Shown: positions 24,715-34,111 of the stretch, piece after piece
How positions within the stretch are numbered: the first letter of the stretch is position 1
Layout of the letters: the number at the start of each line of letters is the position of its first letter
Assembly (NCBI GenBank): GCA_045644165.1
Contig: JAZRGN010000002.1
Coordinates: 41-64,040, forward strand
Source of the DNA: Christensenellaceae bacterium
Lineage (GTDB): Bacteria; Bacillota; Clostridia; Christensenellales; Borkfalkiaceae
DNA: 64,000 nucleotides
Direction of reading: 5' to 3'
Program-made: the position numbers and the translations under genes
The notes under the pieces: model-generated
The model's input: the letters and a program-made list of their open reading frames with translations, nothing else
The model's database searches: none
What the model was told of the DNA's origin: nothing

Positions 24715-26076
24715 ATGTCAAGTTTAAATCTTAAAAACATTTACAAAGTATATCCATCTGGCGTTACTGCAGTTACCGACTTCAATCTAGATATTGAAGA
24801 TAAGGAATTTATCGTATTCGTTGGACCATCAGGTTGTGGTAAATCTACCACCCTTCGTATGATTGCTGGTCTTGGAGAAATTTCAGCCGGCGAACTTTAT
24901 ATCGACGGTGTTCTAGTTAACGCTCGTGCGCCTAAAGATAGAGATATCGCCATGGTTTTCCAAAACTATGCACTATATCCACACATGACCGTTTACGACA
25001 ACATGGCTTTCGGTTTAAAACTTCGTAAAATGCCAAAGGCTGTTATCGACCAAAAAGTTAAAGAAGCTGCAAGAATTCTTGGTATTGAAATGTATCTAGC
25101 AAGAAAACCAAAGGCTCTTTCTGGTGGTCAACGTCAACGTGTTGCGCTAGGCCGTGCAATCGTTCGTGAACCAAAGGTATTCTTATTAGACGAACCACTA
25201 TCTAACCTAGACGCTAAACTTCGTTCTCAAATGAGAACTGAAATTACCAAGTTGCACAACCGTTTAGCAACCACTTTCATCTACGTTACCCACGACCAAG
25301 TAGAAGCTATGACCATGGGAACTAGAATCGTTGTTATGAAAGACGGTTTTATGCAACAAGTAGATACTCCTATGAATCTTTACAACTACCCAATTAACCA
25401 ATTCGTTGCAGGATTCATTGGAACTCCCCAAATGAACTTCTTCACCGGTAAAATCGTTGGTGATAAAGACCAAATATACGTTGAATTCGGTTCTAACAAA
25501 ATTGCTCTTCCAAAAGAAAAGGTTAACCTAATTATCAACCTTGATAAATACCTAAATACTGGTAGAGAAATCGTATTCGGCGTTCGTCCTGAAGACTTCC
25601 GTGATGCTCCTGAACTCGTTAAGGCTGGAAAACTTCCTGTAGTAGAAGTTAAAGTAGACGTTGTTGAAAGACTTGGTGCCGAAACACTTCTTTACTGTAA
25701 GACTGACTACGCTAGTGCTAAGGATTCTAACGAAGCATCTATCGACGAAGACATTTCTAACTTAATCGCAAAAGTTGATTCTCGTTCTCAAACTAAGGTT
25801 AATGACATTATCAACCTTGCTGTTGACGTTATGCACTGTCATTTATTCGACAAAGAAACCGAAACTACTATTCTTGCTCGTAGCGAAGACGGAAAGGCTG
25901 AACTTCTTGCATTACTTGCTAGACGTGAAGAAGAAGAACATAAGAAAGCAGCTGAAGAGGCTAAGAAACTTGCTATCGAAGAAGAAAAAGCAAGAGTTAG
26001 AATGGAAAAGAAATTCGCATTCCTTTCTAAAAAATCTAAGAAAGCAGAAGTTGAAGAAACTACTGACGAAGAATAA
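24715..26076 (+). CDS. MsmX/MalK/UgpC-type carbohydrate ABC transporter ATPase (orphan) with a ~70-aa K/E-rich C-terminal tail
   Basis: Walker A GPSGCGKST, LSGGQRQRVALGRA, LLDEPLSNLD, and a MalK-like regulatory domain. The tail reads ..REEEEHKKAAEEAKKLAIEEEKARVRMEKK... Confidence 0.9.
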   Translation: MSSLNLKNIYKVYPSGVTAVTDFNLDIEDKEFIVFVGPSGCGKSTTLRMIAGLGEISAGELYIDGVLVNARAPKDRDIAMVFQNYALYPHMTVYDNMAFGLKLRKMPKAVIDQKVKEAARILGIEMYLARKPKALSGGQRQRVALGRAIVREPKVFLLDEPLSNLDAKLRSQMRTEITKLHNRLATTFIYVTHDQVEAMTMGTRIVVMKDGFMQQVDTPMNLYNYPINQFVAGFIGTPQMNFFTGKIVGDKDQIYVEFGSNKIALPKEKVNLIINLDKYLNTGREIVFGVRPEDFRDAPELVKAGKLPVVEVKVDVVERLGAETLLYCKTDYASAKDSNEASIDEDISNLIAKVDSRSQTKVNDIINLAVDVMHCHLFDKETETTILARSEDGKAELLALLARREEEEHKKAAEEAKKLAIEEEKARVRMEKKFAFLSKKSKKAEVEETTDEE

Positions 26077-26093
26077 TTGCTATTACAAAAACT

Positions 26094-26130
26094 ATATCCA
26101 CCCAAAAAACTGGGTGGATATTTTTATTTT
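26094..26130 (+). terminator. Rho-independent terminator
   Basis: atatccaccca-aaaaac-tgggtggatat followed by a T-run. Confidence 0.8.
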
Positions 26131-26237
26131 AACGAGAATAGGCTTTAGATTATTAATTTACAAACTATTTTTTATAGAATGAACTATCGAAAATTTTCTT
26201 TTTTATTAAACAAATTTAATAAACTTAAGCAATAGGG

Positions 26238-26266
26238 TTGAAAAAAGGTTCAAAAAAAGATATAAT
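26238..26266 (+). promoter_or_regulatory. Sigma-A-type promoter
   Basis: TTGAAA-17 nt-TATAAT. Confidence 0.55.
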
Positions 26267-26319
26267 AATTGTTAAGTATTAAAAGTTAGCGCAAAATTTA
26301 TTTTGCGTGGCAAAAAATA

Positions 26320-27345
26320 ATGAAACAGGAAGTCATATCTTTTTTAAACAATATAAAAGCGCAAACGGGACTTACGCTTAGCGTATACGATAGCCAAGGG
26401 AATTCGATAATAGGTGAGAATGAGAATAACCTATCTATTCCATTGCTCGCTAACGGGCAAACGTATGTAAAGGGGAATAAAACCTATTTTTCCTTAAACT
26501 TTGGTGGTGAAGAATATATTGCAAGCCTAAATGGAACTAACGAACAAGTTAATTCTTTTGCTTTTTTAATTTCTCAGTTAGCGCAAACGAGCAATCAAGA
26601 TATTTCCAAAGCCGACTTTTTATTAAAACTCTTAACGGGTAACGTAGAAGGCTTAGCCGTTAAAAAGTTAATAAAAAAGTTCTCGCTTGTCGACAAGCCA
26701 TTGTTTACTATGATTCTTGTAACTGATTATCAAAACAAGCAAGAACTTATTGATTTTGTAAATTCGTATAATACTGACGGAGACCTTGCTTTTTTAACCA
26801 GCGAAGATAGGGTGGTTTTAATCAAACTTTGCAACGAGTCCATTGACGATTACGTTTCTTGCACCGAATACGCAGAGTTCTTAGTTCGCTCTATTTACGA
26901 AGAAATGGGCGTAAAAATTAAAATTGGTGTTGGCAGAATAGTAGAGGGTTTAGAAAAACTTAACGAATCTTATCTTCAAGCAATATCCACCGTAGATATG
27001 ATGGAAGTTTTACAAGAGGGTGGAGAGGTTCATACCTACAAGGAATACGCCTTAATAAAGATTCTAGGAGAAATGCCTAAAAACAAGACCAATTATTATT
27101 TAAACTTTCTTCTAGACGCTAAGTCAAAAGAGGTTTTAGAAGACCAAGAAATTATAAAAACTGCCGATTGCTTTTTAGAAAATAATCTTAACGCAAGCGA
27201 AACTTCTAGAAAGATGTATCTTCATAGGAATACGCTAAACTATAGACTAGATAAAATTGAAAAAGCAACGGGACTAAATATTAGAAAATTTTCTGATGCG
27301 CTAACGTATAGATTAATAACTATACTCGCAAAATTAACAAGGTAA
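26320..27345 (+). CDS. PucR/CdaR-family transcriptional regulator
   Basis: C-terminal PucR-type HTH: NASETSRKMYLHRNTLNYRLDKIEKATGLNIRKFSDAL. Confidence 0.75.
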   Translation: MKQEVISFLNNIKAQTGLTLSVYDSQGNSIIGENENNLSIPLLANGQTYVKGNKTYFSLNFGGEEYIASLNGTNEQVNSFAFLISQLAQTSNQDISKADFLLKLLTGNVEGLAVKKLIKKFSLVDKPLFTMILVTDYQNKQELIDFVNSYNTDGDLAFLTSEDRVVLIKLCNESIDDYVSCTEYAEFLVRSIYEEMGVKIKIGVGRIVEGLEKLNESYLQAISTVDMMEVLQEGGEVHTYKEYALIKILGEMPKNKTNYYLNFLLDAKSKEVLEDQEIIKTADCFLENNLNASETSRKMYLHRNTLNYRLDKIEKATGLNIRKFSDALTYRLITILAKLTR

Positions 27346-27348
27346 TTT

Positions 27349-28845
27349 ATGAAAAATAGTAAAAGTAGACAATTAAAAGGCCCAACGAGAAGAAAGATAT
27401 TTATATCTTTGGGTATGATTTTAATCGTATTAACTTCCTTCTTTGGAGGATTCTTTACTCAGGTTGCTCTTCGTGGCGAAACCGAGGCCGTGGTTAGTGA
27501 TATTATTCACATCATGGACGAGATTGGGTTTGTATACGACAGGGAAAAAGACGAATACGTTAAAATTGACTCGGATAAAATCTCTACGGCTATTGCTCTT
27601 AACTTCCTAGACGATTATTCGGAATATTACACAGAAGAAGAATACCAGGCTGTTAAACAACAAAAAGCTGGAAACTATTCGGGTTTTGGTTTTAATTTTC
27701 TTACGGTTAATATTAAGTCTACTCAGGCTGGCACTAACGTGATAAATTCCGTTACGTGTAACTCTCCTGCATGGAAAGCTGGATTTAAAGACGGAGATAA
27801 GATTATAAAAGTTTCTTATAAAGATGAAGATACGGTAATAGAAAACGGCAAACAACTTGCCGACTTCCTTGAAATACCATTTATAGGGGAAGAAGTGAAA
27901 TTTACTATTGAAAGGAATGGACTAGAAATACAAGAGCCTATCACCATTAAGAAACAAAATTTTACTAGATGTTACGTTTCATATCAAGATAGCGAAGTTT
28001 CTATGTATTTTTCTCCAGACTATAACGAAAGGGTAAACAGCGTTGCAGACGCTAAGAAAATGATAACCGTAAAAACGAACGAAGGTAATCCTGAATTTGC
28101 CGTAGACTGTAACGGGGATGGTATTGCCAACGATATAGGATATATAAAGTTATATTCTTTTAACGGCGACGCAGCCGAGCAATTTGGCGCAGCGATAGAC
28201 TACATGGTTTATACTCGTGGAAGAACTAGGCTTTTACTTGACCTTTGCGATAACGGTGGAGGAAGTATGGACGTTCTTAAGGAAATAGCCGCATACTTAA
28301 TGAAGGCTGACAATGGCATTTATGCAAAGTCTACTGAAAAGTTAGATTGGAAAAACAAGGACGACCCAGACAATAAAAACTACGCCACCAGCAACTATAC
28401 TATTGGTAGAAGTAAGTATAATCCACTTATTACAAGAGTATCCATAATTGCAAACAGGAACACTGCGTCTGCAGCCGAGTGCTTATTGCTGGCTGTAGAA
28501 AACAAAGATTACGGTTTAAGACAATATCCTATTGGCGACAATAAATACGTCGACGTATACACTAGACACAACCTAGTCGTTGTGGGAAGTTTAAACAATA
28601 ATCCAAACGACGACGTGCCTGACGGACAAATGGAATATAGAACGTATGGTAAGGGTGTAATGCAAACCACCTACGAGTTAAACTCTGGTGGAGCATTAAA
28701 GATTACTACGGCAAAACTTTTAGGGCCTTGGAACGATTGTATTCACAAGATAGGCGTAACCCCAACTACTGAAAAAAATCGTGCGATAAATTATAGCGTG
28801 GGAATTTCAAGGGCAGTTGAGATTTTGACCGACGCAAGCAACTAA
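27349..28845 (+). CDS. S41-family (C-terminal processing type) serine peptidase with an N-terminal TM anchor and a PDZ domain
   Basis: PDZ-like VINSVTCNSPAWKAGFKDGDKIIKV and active-site-like IIANRNTASAAECLLLAV. It starts 4 nt after the pucR-like stop. Confidence 0.75.
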   Translation: MKNSKSRQLKGPTRRKIFISLGMILIVLTSFFGGFFTQVALRGETEAVVSDIIHIMDEIGFVYDREKDEYVKIDSDKISTAIALNFLDDYSEYYTEEEYQAVKQQKAGNYSGFGFNFLTVNIKSTQAGTNVINSVTCNSPAWKAGFKDGDKIIKVSYKDEDTVIENGKQLADFLEIPFIGEEVKFTIERNGLEIQEPITIKKQNFTRCYVSYQDSEVSMYFSPDYNERVNSVADAKKMITVKTNEGNPEFAVDCNGDGIANDIGYIKLYSFNGDAAEQFGAAIDYMVYTRGRTRLLLDLCDNGGGSMDVLKEIAAYLMKADNGIYAKSTEKLDWKNKDDPDNKNYATSNYTIGRSKYNPLITRVSIIANRNTASAAECLLLAVENKDYGLRQYPIGDNKYVDVYTRHNLVVVGSLNNNPNDDVPDGQMEYRTYGKGVMQTTYELNSGGALKITTAKLLGPWNDCIHKIGVTPTTEKNRAINYSVGISRAVEILTDASN

Positions 28846-28847
28846 AC

Positions 28848-29165
28848 TTAGTTAACTAAAGAAAAGTATCGGTTTAGATTATATACGATATCTTTATCGG
28901 CAATATTAGAAATAGGCGCAAGGGCATAACCCTCCTCGATAATTTTCGGGGAGGCTTTTCTTTTGCCTGAAATTTCTTCAAAAAGAGCCTCGATTTCAGG
29001 GTCTACCTCTTCGCTGTCGCTATTTGAGGTTGAATTAGAATTGCCGAAAAGTGTTTCAAGTAAAGCAGTTATAAACTTTAATCCCTCGTTGCTAGAAAAG
29101 AGGGAAATGATAAATTGTAAAAGTTCCACGATATCCTCGCTAACATATTTTACGTTCTTTTTCAT
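28848..29165 (-). CDS. Hypothetical acidic protein (105 aa)
   Basis: Protein-like composition from MKKNVKYV onward. The opposite-strand ORF here is Ser/Leu-rich junk. There is no clear SD, so the start is uncertain. Confidence 0.4.
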   Translation of the reverse strand: MKKNVKYVSEDIVELLQFIISLFSSNEGLKFITALLETLFGNSNSTSNSDSEEVDPEIEALFEEISGKRKASPKIIEEGYALAPISNIADKDIVYNLNRYFSLVN

Positions 29166-29202
29166 ACAATATGTTAAAACTATATTATTTGTGAGGTGCA
29201 GT

Positions 29203-29472
29203 ATGGACGGTTTAAACGGATTTTTTAACGGTGAAAATAACAATAGTGGATTAGATTTAGTAAAATTAACCACGGCGCTTTCTCAAAAATTTGACGGAAA
29301 AAATCAAAACGACCTATTAAAAGCAGTATACGAAGAGGCTGAAAAAGGAAAGCGTAACGGCACGCTTACTAATGAACAACTCGATTATTTTGAAAATATG
29401 TTATCAGTCGTTTTAGATGAAAAGAAGAGAAAACTTCTAAAGCGTATAATAAAAGAACTTAAAAAGATTTAA
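29203..29472 (+). CDS. Hypothetical small helical protein (89 aa), possibly sporulation-associated (weak SpoVIF-like flavour)
   Basis: The ATG at 29203 follows TGAGGTG. Protein-like sequence: MDGLNGFF..LLKAVYEEAEKGKRNGTLTNEQLDYFENMLSVVLDEKKRKLLKRIIKELKKI. Confidence 0.45.
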   Translation: MDGLNGFFNGENNNSGLDLVKLTTALSQKFDGKNQNDLLKAVYEEAEKGKRNGTLTNEQLDYFENMLSVVLDEKKRKLLKRIIKELKKI

Positions 29473-29483
29473 TCGTGCAAAAT

Positions 29484-30605
29484 CTAGAGCCTGATTATGT
29501 GGTCTAACGCTTTTATAAAATAATCTATCTCTTTGCAAGTATTTTGGACGGAAAAACTTACTCTAACTAGCCCCGAATCCTGCGTCCCTAAAAATTTATG
29601 AATTAGAGGTGCGCAATGAAGTCCTCCTCTAACTGCGACGTCGTATTCGGTGTTTAGTCGGTTTGCGACCTCGTCGCTAGGGATATTATCAACACTAAAA
29701 GAAACTATTCCCGATTTATTTGGCTTAGAATAGACTTTTATTTTGGGATTAGTTAATCCGTTTATTAGTCTTTCGGTATATGAATAGAGGTGCAAGGAAT
29801 AATTATCAAGATTATCCTTAATAATTCTAACACCTTCGTAAAGAGCGCAAACGGCAGGCAAATTAATGGTGCCTGCCTCTAGTTTTTCTGGGTAACTGTC
29901 GGGCTGAAAAAGATTAGTCGATTCGCTACCCGTTCCACCCATAAGTAGGGGAGATATTTCCGTTTGTTCGTCAAAAAGTAAAACGCCACTACCCATTATT
30001 CCCAAAAGTCCTTTGTGTCCGGCAAGGCAAAGAATAGAAATATTTTGTTTTTTTAAGTTCAACTCTATATGTCCACCACCTTGCGCTCCGTCCACGAGAT
30101 AAGTAAGGTTATGATTTTTGGCAATTTTGCCAATTTTATCTATAGGAAGAGTTTCTCCCGTAACGTTTGAAACGGCAGTAGTAACGATAAGGTAGGTCTT
30201 ATCGTTAATTTTTTGTTTTATAGCAAGTTCTATTGGAAGGTCGTTAGAGGGTTCAACTGCGTCAAGAGTAATTAATCCTAAACTTTTTAGATAATTAAGA
30301 GGTCTTAAAACGGAGTTGTGTTCAAAAACGGTGGTAATTACGTGTCCACCTTTTTTTACCGTGCCGAAGATTGCAACGTTAAGTGCTTCGGTGCAATTTT
30401 TAGTAAAAATTACTCTTTCGCTGTTTGCACCAAATAAATCCCCTATGAGTTTTCTACAATTATACGTCATTTCTGCGCCTGAAACCGAAAGTCTGTGTCC
30501 ACTTCTGCCAGGATTAGCACAAAGATAGCGAATAACGTTATTAGCAGTATCGCTAACCGTTCTAGGTTTAAAACCACCCGTCGCAGCATTGTCAAAATAA
30601 ATCAT
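29484..30605 (-). CDS. Class V aminotransferase / cysteine desulfurase-like PLP enzyme
   Basis: IYFDNAAT.., ..TVFEHNSVLRP.., ..LAGHKGLLG (PLP-Lys context), ..RGGLHCAP. Confidence 0.8.
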   Translation of the reverse strand: MIYFDNAATGGFKPRTVSDTANNVIRYLCANPGRSGHRLSVSGAEMTYNCRKLIGDLFGANSERVIFTKNCTEALNVAIFGTVKKGGHVITTVFEHNSVLRPLNYLKSLGLITLDAVEPSNDLPIELAIKQKINDKTYLIVTTAVSNVTGETLPIDKIGKIAKNHNLTYLVDGAQGGGHIELNLKKQNISILCLAGHKGLLGIMGSGVLLFDEQTEISPLLMGGTGSESTNLFQPDSYPEKLEAGTINLPAVCALYEGVRIIKDNLDNYSLHLYSYTERLINGLTNPKIKVYSKPNKSGIVSFSVDNIPSDEVANRLNTEYDVAVRGGLHCAPLIHKFLGTQDSGLVRVSFSVQNTCKEIDYFIKALDHIIRL

Positions 30606-30732
30606 AATCAACCTACCTGTCCCTTAACTTGAGGAATATCCTTAATCTACTTATTTTTTAACAAAAAACTCCTCTCTATTAATATTATGTATATAGTAGA
30701 TGTTTTCTATTTATACCAAGGAGGAAGGTTTT

Positions 30733-30993
30733 ATGGAGTATCTAGCCGTGGCTTTTCGTTCAAGGACTCACACGGTAAAGTTTGCAGAATACCTAAACCA
30801 AGTGGGCGTTTCAAACGAGATAATAAACACGCCTAAGGAAGCAGGGGTTGGCTGTGGACTTTCAGTTAAAGTCTCTATTTCCAAATCGCACGTGATAAAA
30901 AGAGCGTTGACTTTCACCACCTTAAACAGCTATGCAGGAACTTTTTTAGTTAAAGTTGGTAAGGGTGGAAGAAGCATAAGAAGCGTATTTTAA
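30733..30993 (+). CDS. DUF3343-family (putative Se/S carrier-like) protein
   Basis: MEYLAVAFRSRTHTVKFAEYLNQVGVSNEIINTPKEAGVGCGLSVKV. AAGGAGGAAGG SD. Divergent from the desulfurase-like gene. Confidence 0.65.
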   Translation: MEYLAVAFRSRTHTVKFAEYLNQVGVSNEIINTPKEAGVGCGLSVKVSISKSHVIKRALTFTTLNSYAGTFLVKVGKGGRSIRSVF

Positions 30994-31044
30994 TTGTTAA
31001 AACGCTTGTAAAAACACCCCTTTTGTGTTAATATAATGTAAACT

Positions 31045-31671
31045 ATGGATAAAAATAAAGTAGAAGAGATTATTAAAACACTCTCCGGGGTGTTCACGGA
31101 CAAGCCTGCCCTAAACTTTAATACTCCTTTTGAACTATTGGTTGCCGTTATTTTATCGGCACAATGCACCGACCAAAGGGTTAATAAGGTTACTGCACAA
31201 TTGTTTAAAAAATATAACACGCCTAGTAGCATTCTAACTCTTACCGAAGAAGAGTTGCAACAATATATCTTTTCTTGTGGGCTATATAAAACTAAAGCAA
31301 AGCATATCCTAAGCGCAAGTAAGGATATAGTAGAAAAGTTTAACGGACAAGTTCCAGATGATTTAAACGATTTGCGTTCGTTAGACGGCGTGGGAAGAAA
31401 GACTGCCAACGTAGTGTATAGCGTTGCTTTTAAGGGAGACGCTATTGCCGTAGACACTCACGTTTTCCGTGTTTCAAACAGAATTGGTTTAGCAAAAGCC
31501 AAAAACGTTTTGAACACCGAAAAACAATTAATGCAAAATATACATAAAAAAGATTGGTCTAGGGCGCATCATTACCTAATTTACTTAGGTAGAAGTTATT
31601 GTAAGGCTAGTAAGCCAGACTGTGGAAATTGCCCAATCAAAGACGACTGTGATAAAAACTTCAAAAGGTGA
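31045..31671 (+). CDS. nth: Endonuclease III
   Basis: HhH-GPD motifs (LRSLDGVGRKTANVV, DTHVFRV) and the C-terminal CX6CX2CX5C cluster. Confidence 0.95.
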   Translation: MDKNKVEEIIKTLSGVFTDKPALNFNTPFELLVAVILSAQCTDQRVNKVTAQLFKKYNTPSSILTLTEEELQQYIFSCGLYKTKAKHILSASKDIVEKFNGQVPDDLNDLRSLDGVGRKTANVVYSVAFKGDAIAVDTHVFRVSNRIGLAKAKNVLNTEKQLMQNIHKKDWSRAHHYLIYLGRSYCKASKPDCGNCPIKDDCDKNFKR

Positions 31672-31674
31672 AAT

Positions 31675-32934
31675 ATGTTTATAGACAGAACAAAAATAAC
31701 TATAAAAGCCGGCGACGGTGGTAATGGAATAACTTCCTTTATTCATTATAAAGGAAAAGTTGGTGGTGGTCCTGACGGTGGCGACGGTGCTAAGGGTGGC
31801 GATATAATATTCGTTGCAGACAGCACTAAAACTAGTCTCGCAGACTACTACTATAAAACCAAATACGTTGCAGAAAACGGTGGAAACGGTGGGCCGAAAG
31901 AATGTTTTGGTAAGTCTGGTAAGGACGTTATATTGCCCGTTCCACTAGGCACCGTTATAAAGGATAAAGAGACTGGAAACATCATTGCCGATATGTTCTA
32001 CGAAGGGCAAAAGGTAACCGTTTTAGTCGGTGGCGAAGGTGGAAAGGGAAACGCTAGGTTTAAAAATGCAAGAAGACACGCCCCACACTTTTCTCAAACG
32101 GGCGAAAAAACCGAAAGCAAGCAAGTTATTCTAGAACTTAAAACTATTGCAGACGTAGGACTCGTAGGTTTTCCAAACGTTGGTAAATCTACACTTTTAT
32201 CAGTTTTAACAAGGGCGAAACCAAAGATAGCAAACTATCACTTTACCACTCTTTCTCCAAATCTAGGAATTTGCGAGTTTTACGATAATAATTTCGTTAT
32301 AGCCGACATTCCAGGATTAATAGAGGGAGCAAGCGATGGCGCAGGTCTCGGTATAGAGTTTTTAAGACACATTGAAAGAACTAGAATGTTAGTTCACGTG
32401 GTGGATATTTCTGGAGAAGAGGGAAGAGACCCTTACGAAGATTATCTAAAAATCAACGCCGAATTAAAAAAATATAGCAAGGAACTTGCCAAACTTAAGC
32501 AAGTAATCGTTGCTAACAAAATAGATTCTAACGACGGCGAAGAACGTCTAAAAGAATTCAAGAAAAAACTTGGCAGAAAAAAGGTTATTCCAATTTCTGC
32601 TATTATAGGCGAGGGCATAGACGAGTTAAAAGGCGAGATTTACAAGGTTATTCAAAAACTTCCACCTGTTAAACCGTTAGAGTTTGAAGAGTTTAAATAC
32701 GAAAAGCCTGATAAACTATATTATGAAATTCTCAAAGAGGGAGAAACCTTCGTTATCGTAGGAACGCTAGTAGAAGTTCTTAAACGTAACGTCGTTATGA
32801 CGGATATGCATTCTCTTGCTTACCTACACAAAGTGTTAAGAGATAGGGGAATAATAAAAGAACTCCGTCAAATGGGAGCGACGGAGAAATCAACCATTAT
32901 AATAGGTGGCGAAGAGTTTGAATTGTTAGATTAA
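31675..32934 (+). CDS. obgE: GTPase Obg/CgtA
   Basis: MFIDRTKITIKAGDGGNG, G1 GFPNVGKST, DIPGLIEGAS, NKID, and a C-terminal OCT domain. Confidence 0.95.
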   Translation: MFIDRTKITIKAGDGGNGITSFIHYKGKVGGGPDGGDGAKGGDIIFVADSTKTSLADYYYKTKYVAENGGNGGPKECFGKSGKDVILPVPLGTVIKDKETGNIIADMFYEGQKVTVLVGGEGGKGNARFKNARRHAPHFSQTGEKTESKQVILELKTIADVGLVGFPNVGKSTLLSVLTRAKPKIANYHFTTLSPNLGICEFYDNNFVIADIPGLIEGASDGAGLGIEFLRHIERTRMLVHVVDISGEEGRDPYEDYLKINAELKKYSKELAKLKQVIVANKIDSNDGEERLKEFKKKLGRKKVIPISAIIGEGIDELKGEIYKVIQKLPPVKPLEFEEFKYEKPDKLYYEILKEGETFVIVGTLVEVLKRNVVMTDMHSLAYLHKVLRDRGIIKELRQMGATEKSTIIIGGEEFELLD

Positions 32935-32944
32935 GGAGAATAAT

Positions 32945-33238
32945 ATGTTGACTTCAAAAGAAAGGAGTAATTTGCGTTCATTAGCGCAAAAGATAGAACC
33001 AGTAACGCAAGTAGGAAAATTAGGCGTAAACGAAAGTTTAATAGAAAGCCTAGACCTCGCTATTGAAAAAAGAGAACTTATTAAGGTTACCGTTTTAGAA
33101 AATTCTGGACTAGTGCCTAAGGAAGCAGGTATTGAAATTGCCGAAAAACTAGGGGCAGAGTTCGTTTGTGCAACGGGAAGAAAACTTGTTTTCTATAGAA
33201 GAAGTAGTAATCCTAAGGTAGAGCATATAGTTTATTAA
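32945..33238 (+). CDS. yhbY: Ribosome assembly RNA-binding protein YhbY (CRM domain)
   Basis: LTSKERSNLRSLAQKIEPVTQVGKLGV..ELIKV... Confidence 0.85.
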   Translation: MLTSKERSNLRSLAQKIEPVTQVGKLGVNESLIESLDLAIEKRELIKVTVLENSGLVPKEAGIEIAEKLGAEFVCATGRKLVFYRRSSNPKVEHIVY

Positions 33239-33247
33239 CGTGGTGAT

Positions 33248-34015
33248 TTATTCTGCTGTTTTCCCAAAAAGTTTTAGGTAAATGGAAAAGGAAATCATTA
33301 AAATTCCCCAAACTACGTAATAAAACTTATAGGGAACAAATAGACTAAATAAGCAAAGTATCACGCCAAAAAATAAAAATTTTTTGGCGTTTCTTTTTTT
33401 AAAAATCTGTTTTTTGAATATGGGTTTGTTTTTTTCATTATATACGCCTGAAAAATCGTTTTTAGGTAAGAGGTCTCTTTCTTTTAATAGGTTAAAGAGG
33501 TATTTCCCGTCTTTTAAGATTATTTTGCCGTTAAATCTATCGGCAAAACTTTTGACTTCATCACTATATTCATGGCACAAAAAAACGACCTTGTCTCGGG
33601 TTAGATTAAAAGCCTTTACTACGTCGGCTTTAGTTAGGTTTTCAAACCCAAATTTGAATAAATAAAGGGTGTGGCTGTTATTATCGTAAAATCTATCCTT
33701 TAATATTTTTACATCTTTTATTTGCATTGCCAAGACAACTAAATTAACAAGGCGTTCTTTTTTCATAAGATTAAGTCGTATAAGAGTTTCGGCGTATATT
33801 TTTTTATCTTGCTTTTCAATAAATTTTTTGCTAGAGCGAGAAAGAAAGATATTTGCGCCAAGCATACAAACCATTCCACTAACGGTTAGGGAAATAACGA
33901 CGGGAAGGGGATGTGGAAGAAAATAGTTAAGAATAAAAACGCAAATAATCAAGCTAGCAAAAAACAAAAACAAACTGTCTAGAACTATGGGTAAAATATT
34001 TCTCATAATAAACAC
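33248..34015 (-). CDS. Hypothetical membrane protein (2 N-terminal and 2 C-terminal TM helices around a soluble domain)
   Basis: 255-aa ORF with an AAAGGTG SD. I recognise no family. Confidence 0.5.
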   Translation of the reverse strand: MFIMRNILPIVLDSLFLFFASLIICVFILNYFLPHPLPVVISLTVSGMVCMLGANIFLSRSSKKFIEKQDKKIYAETLIRLNLMKKERLVNLVVLAMQIKDVKILKDRFYDNNSHTLYLFKFGFENLTKADVVKAFNLTRDKVVFLCHEYSDEVKSFADRFNGKIILKDGKYLFNLLKERDLLPKNDFSGVYNEKNKPIFKKQIFKKRNAKKFLFFGVILCLFSLFVPYKFYYVVWGILMISFSIYLKLFGKTAE

Positions 34016-34111
34016 CTTTTTGTAGTGTTATTGCCAAGATAAGATAAAAATAAACCATTAATAGTTAAAATTTAAATTGATTTTCTATTAAATTTATGAG
34101 ATAATAAAAAT

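Noticed and set aside
25775-26182. ORFs 25775-26182 (+) and 25839-26105 (-) overlapping the end of the ABC ATPase gene.
   Set aside because: They are by-products of the GAA/AAG-rich low-complexity DNA that encodes the K/E tail. They have no SD, and the plus-strand one runs through the terminator.
28963-29202. The N-terminal 80 codons of ORF 28963-29472 (+).
   Set aside because: It is a Ser/Leu-rich translation antisense to a more protein-like minus-strand ORF. Only the part from the ATG at 29203 (which has an SD) is retained.
30990-31457. 155-aa minus-strand ORF.
   Set aside because: It is antisense to endonuclease III, which is unambiguous. It has no SD.
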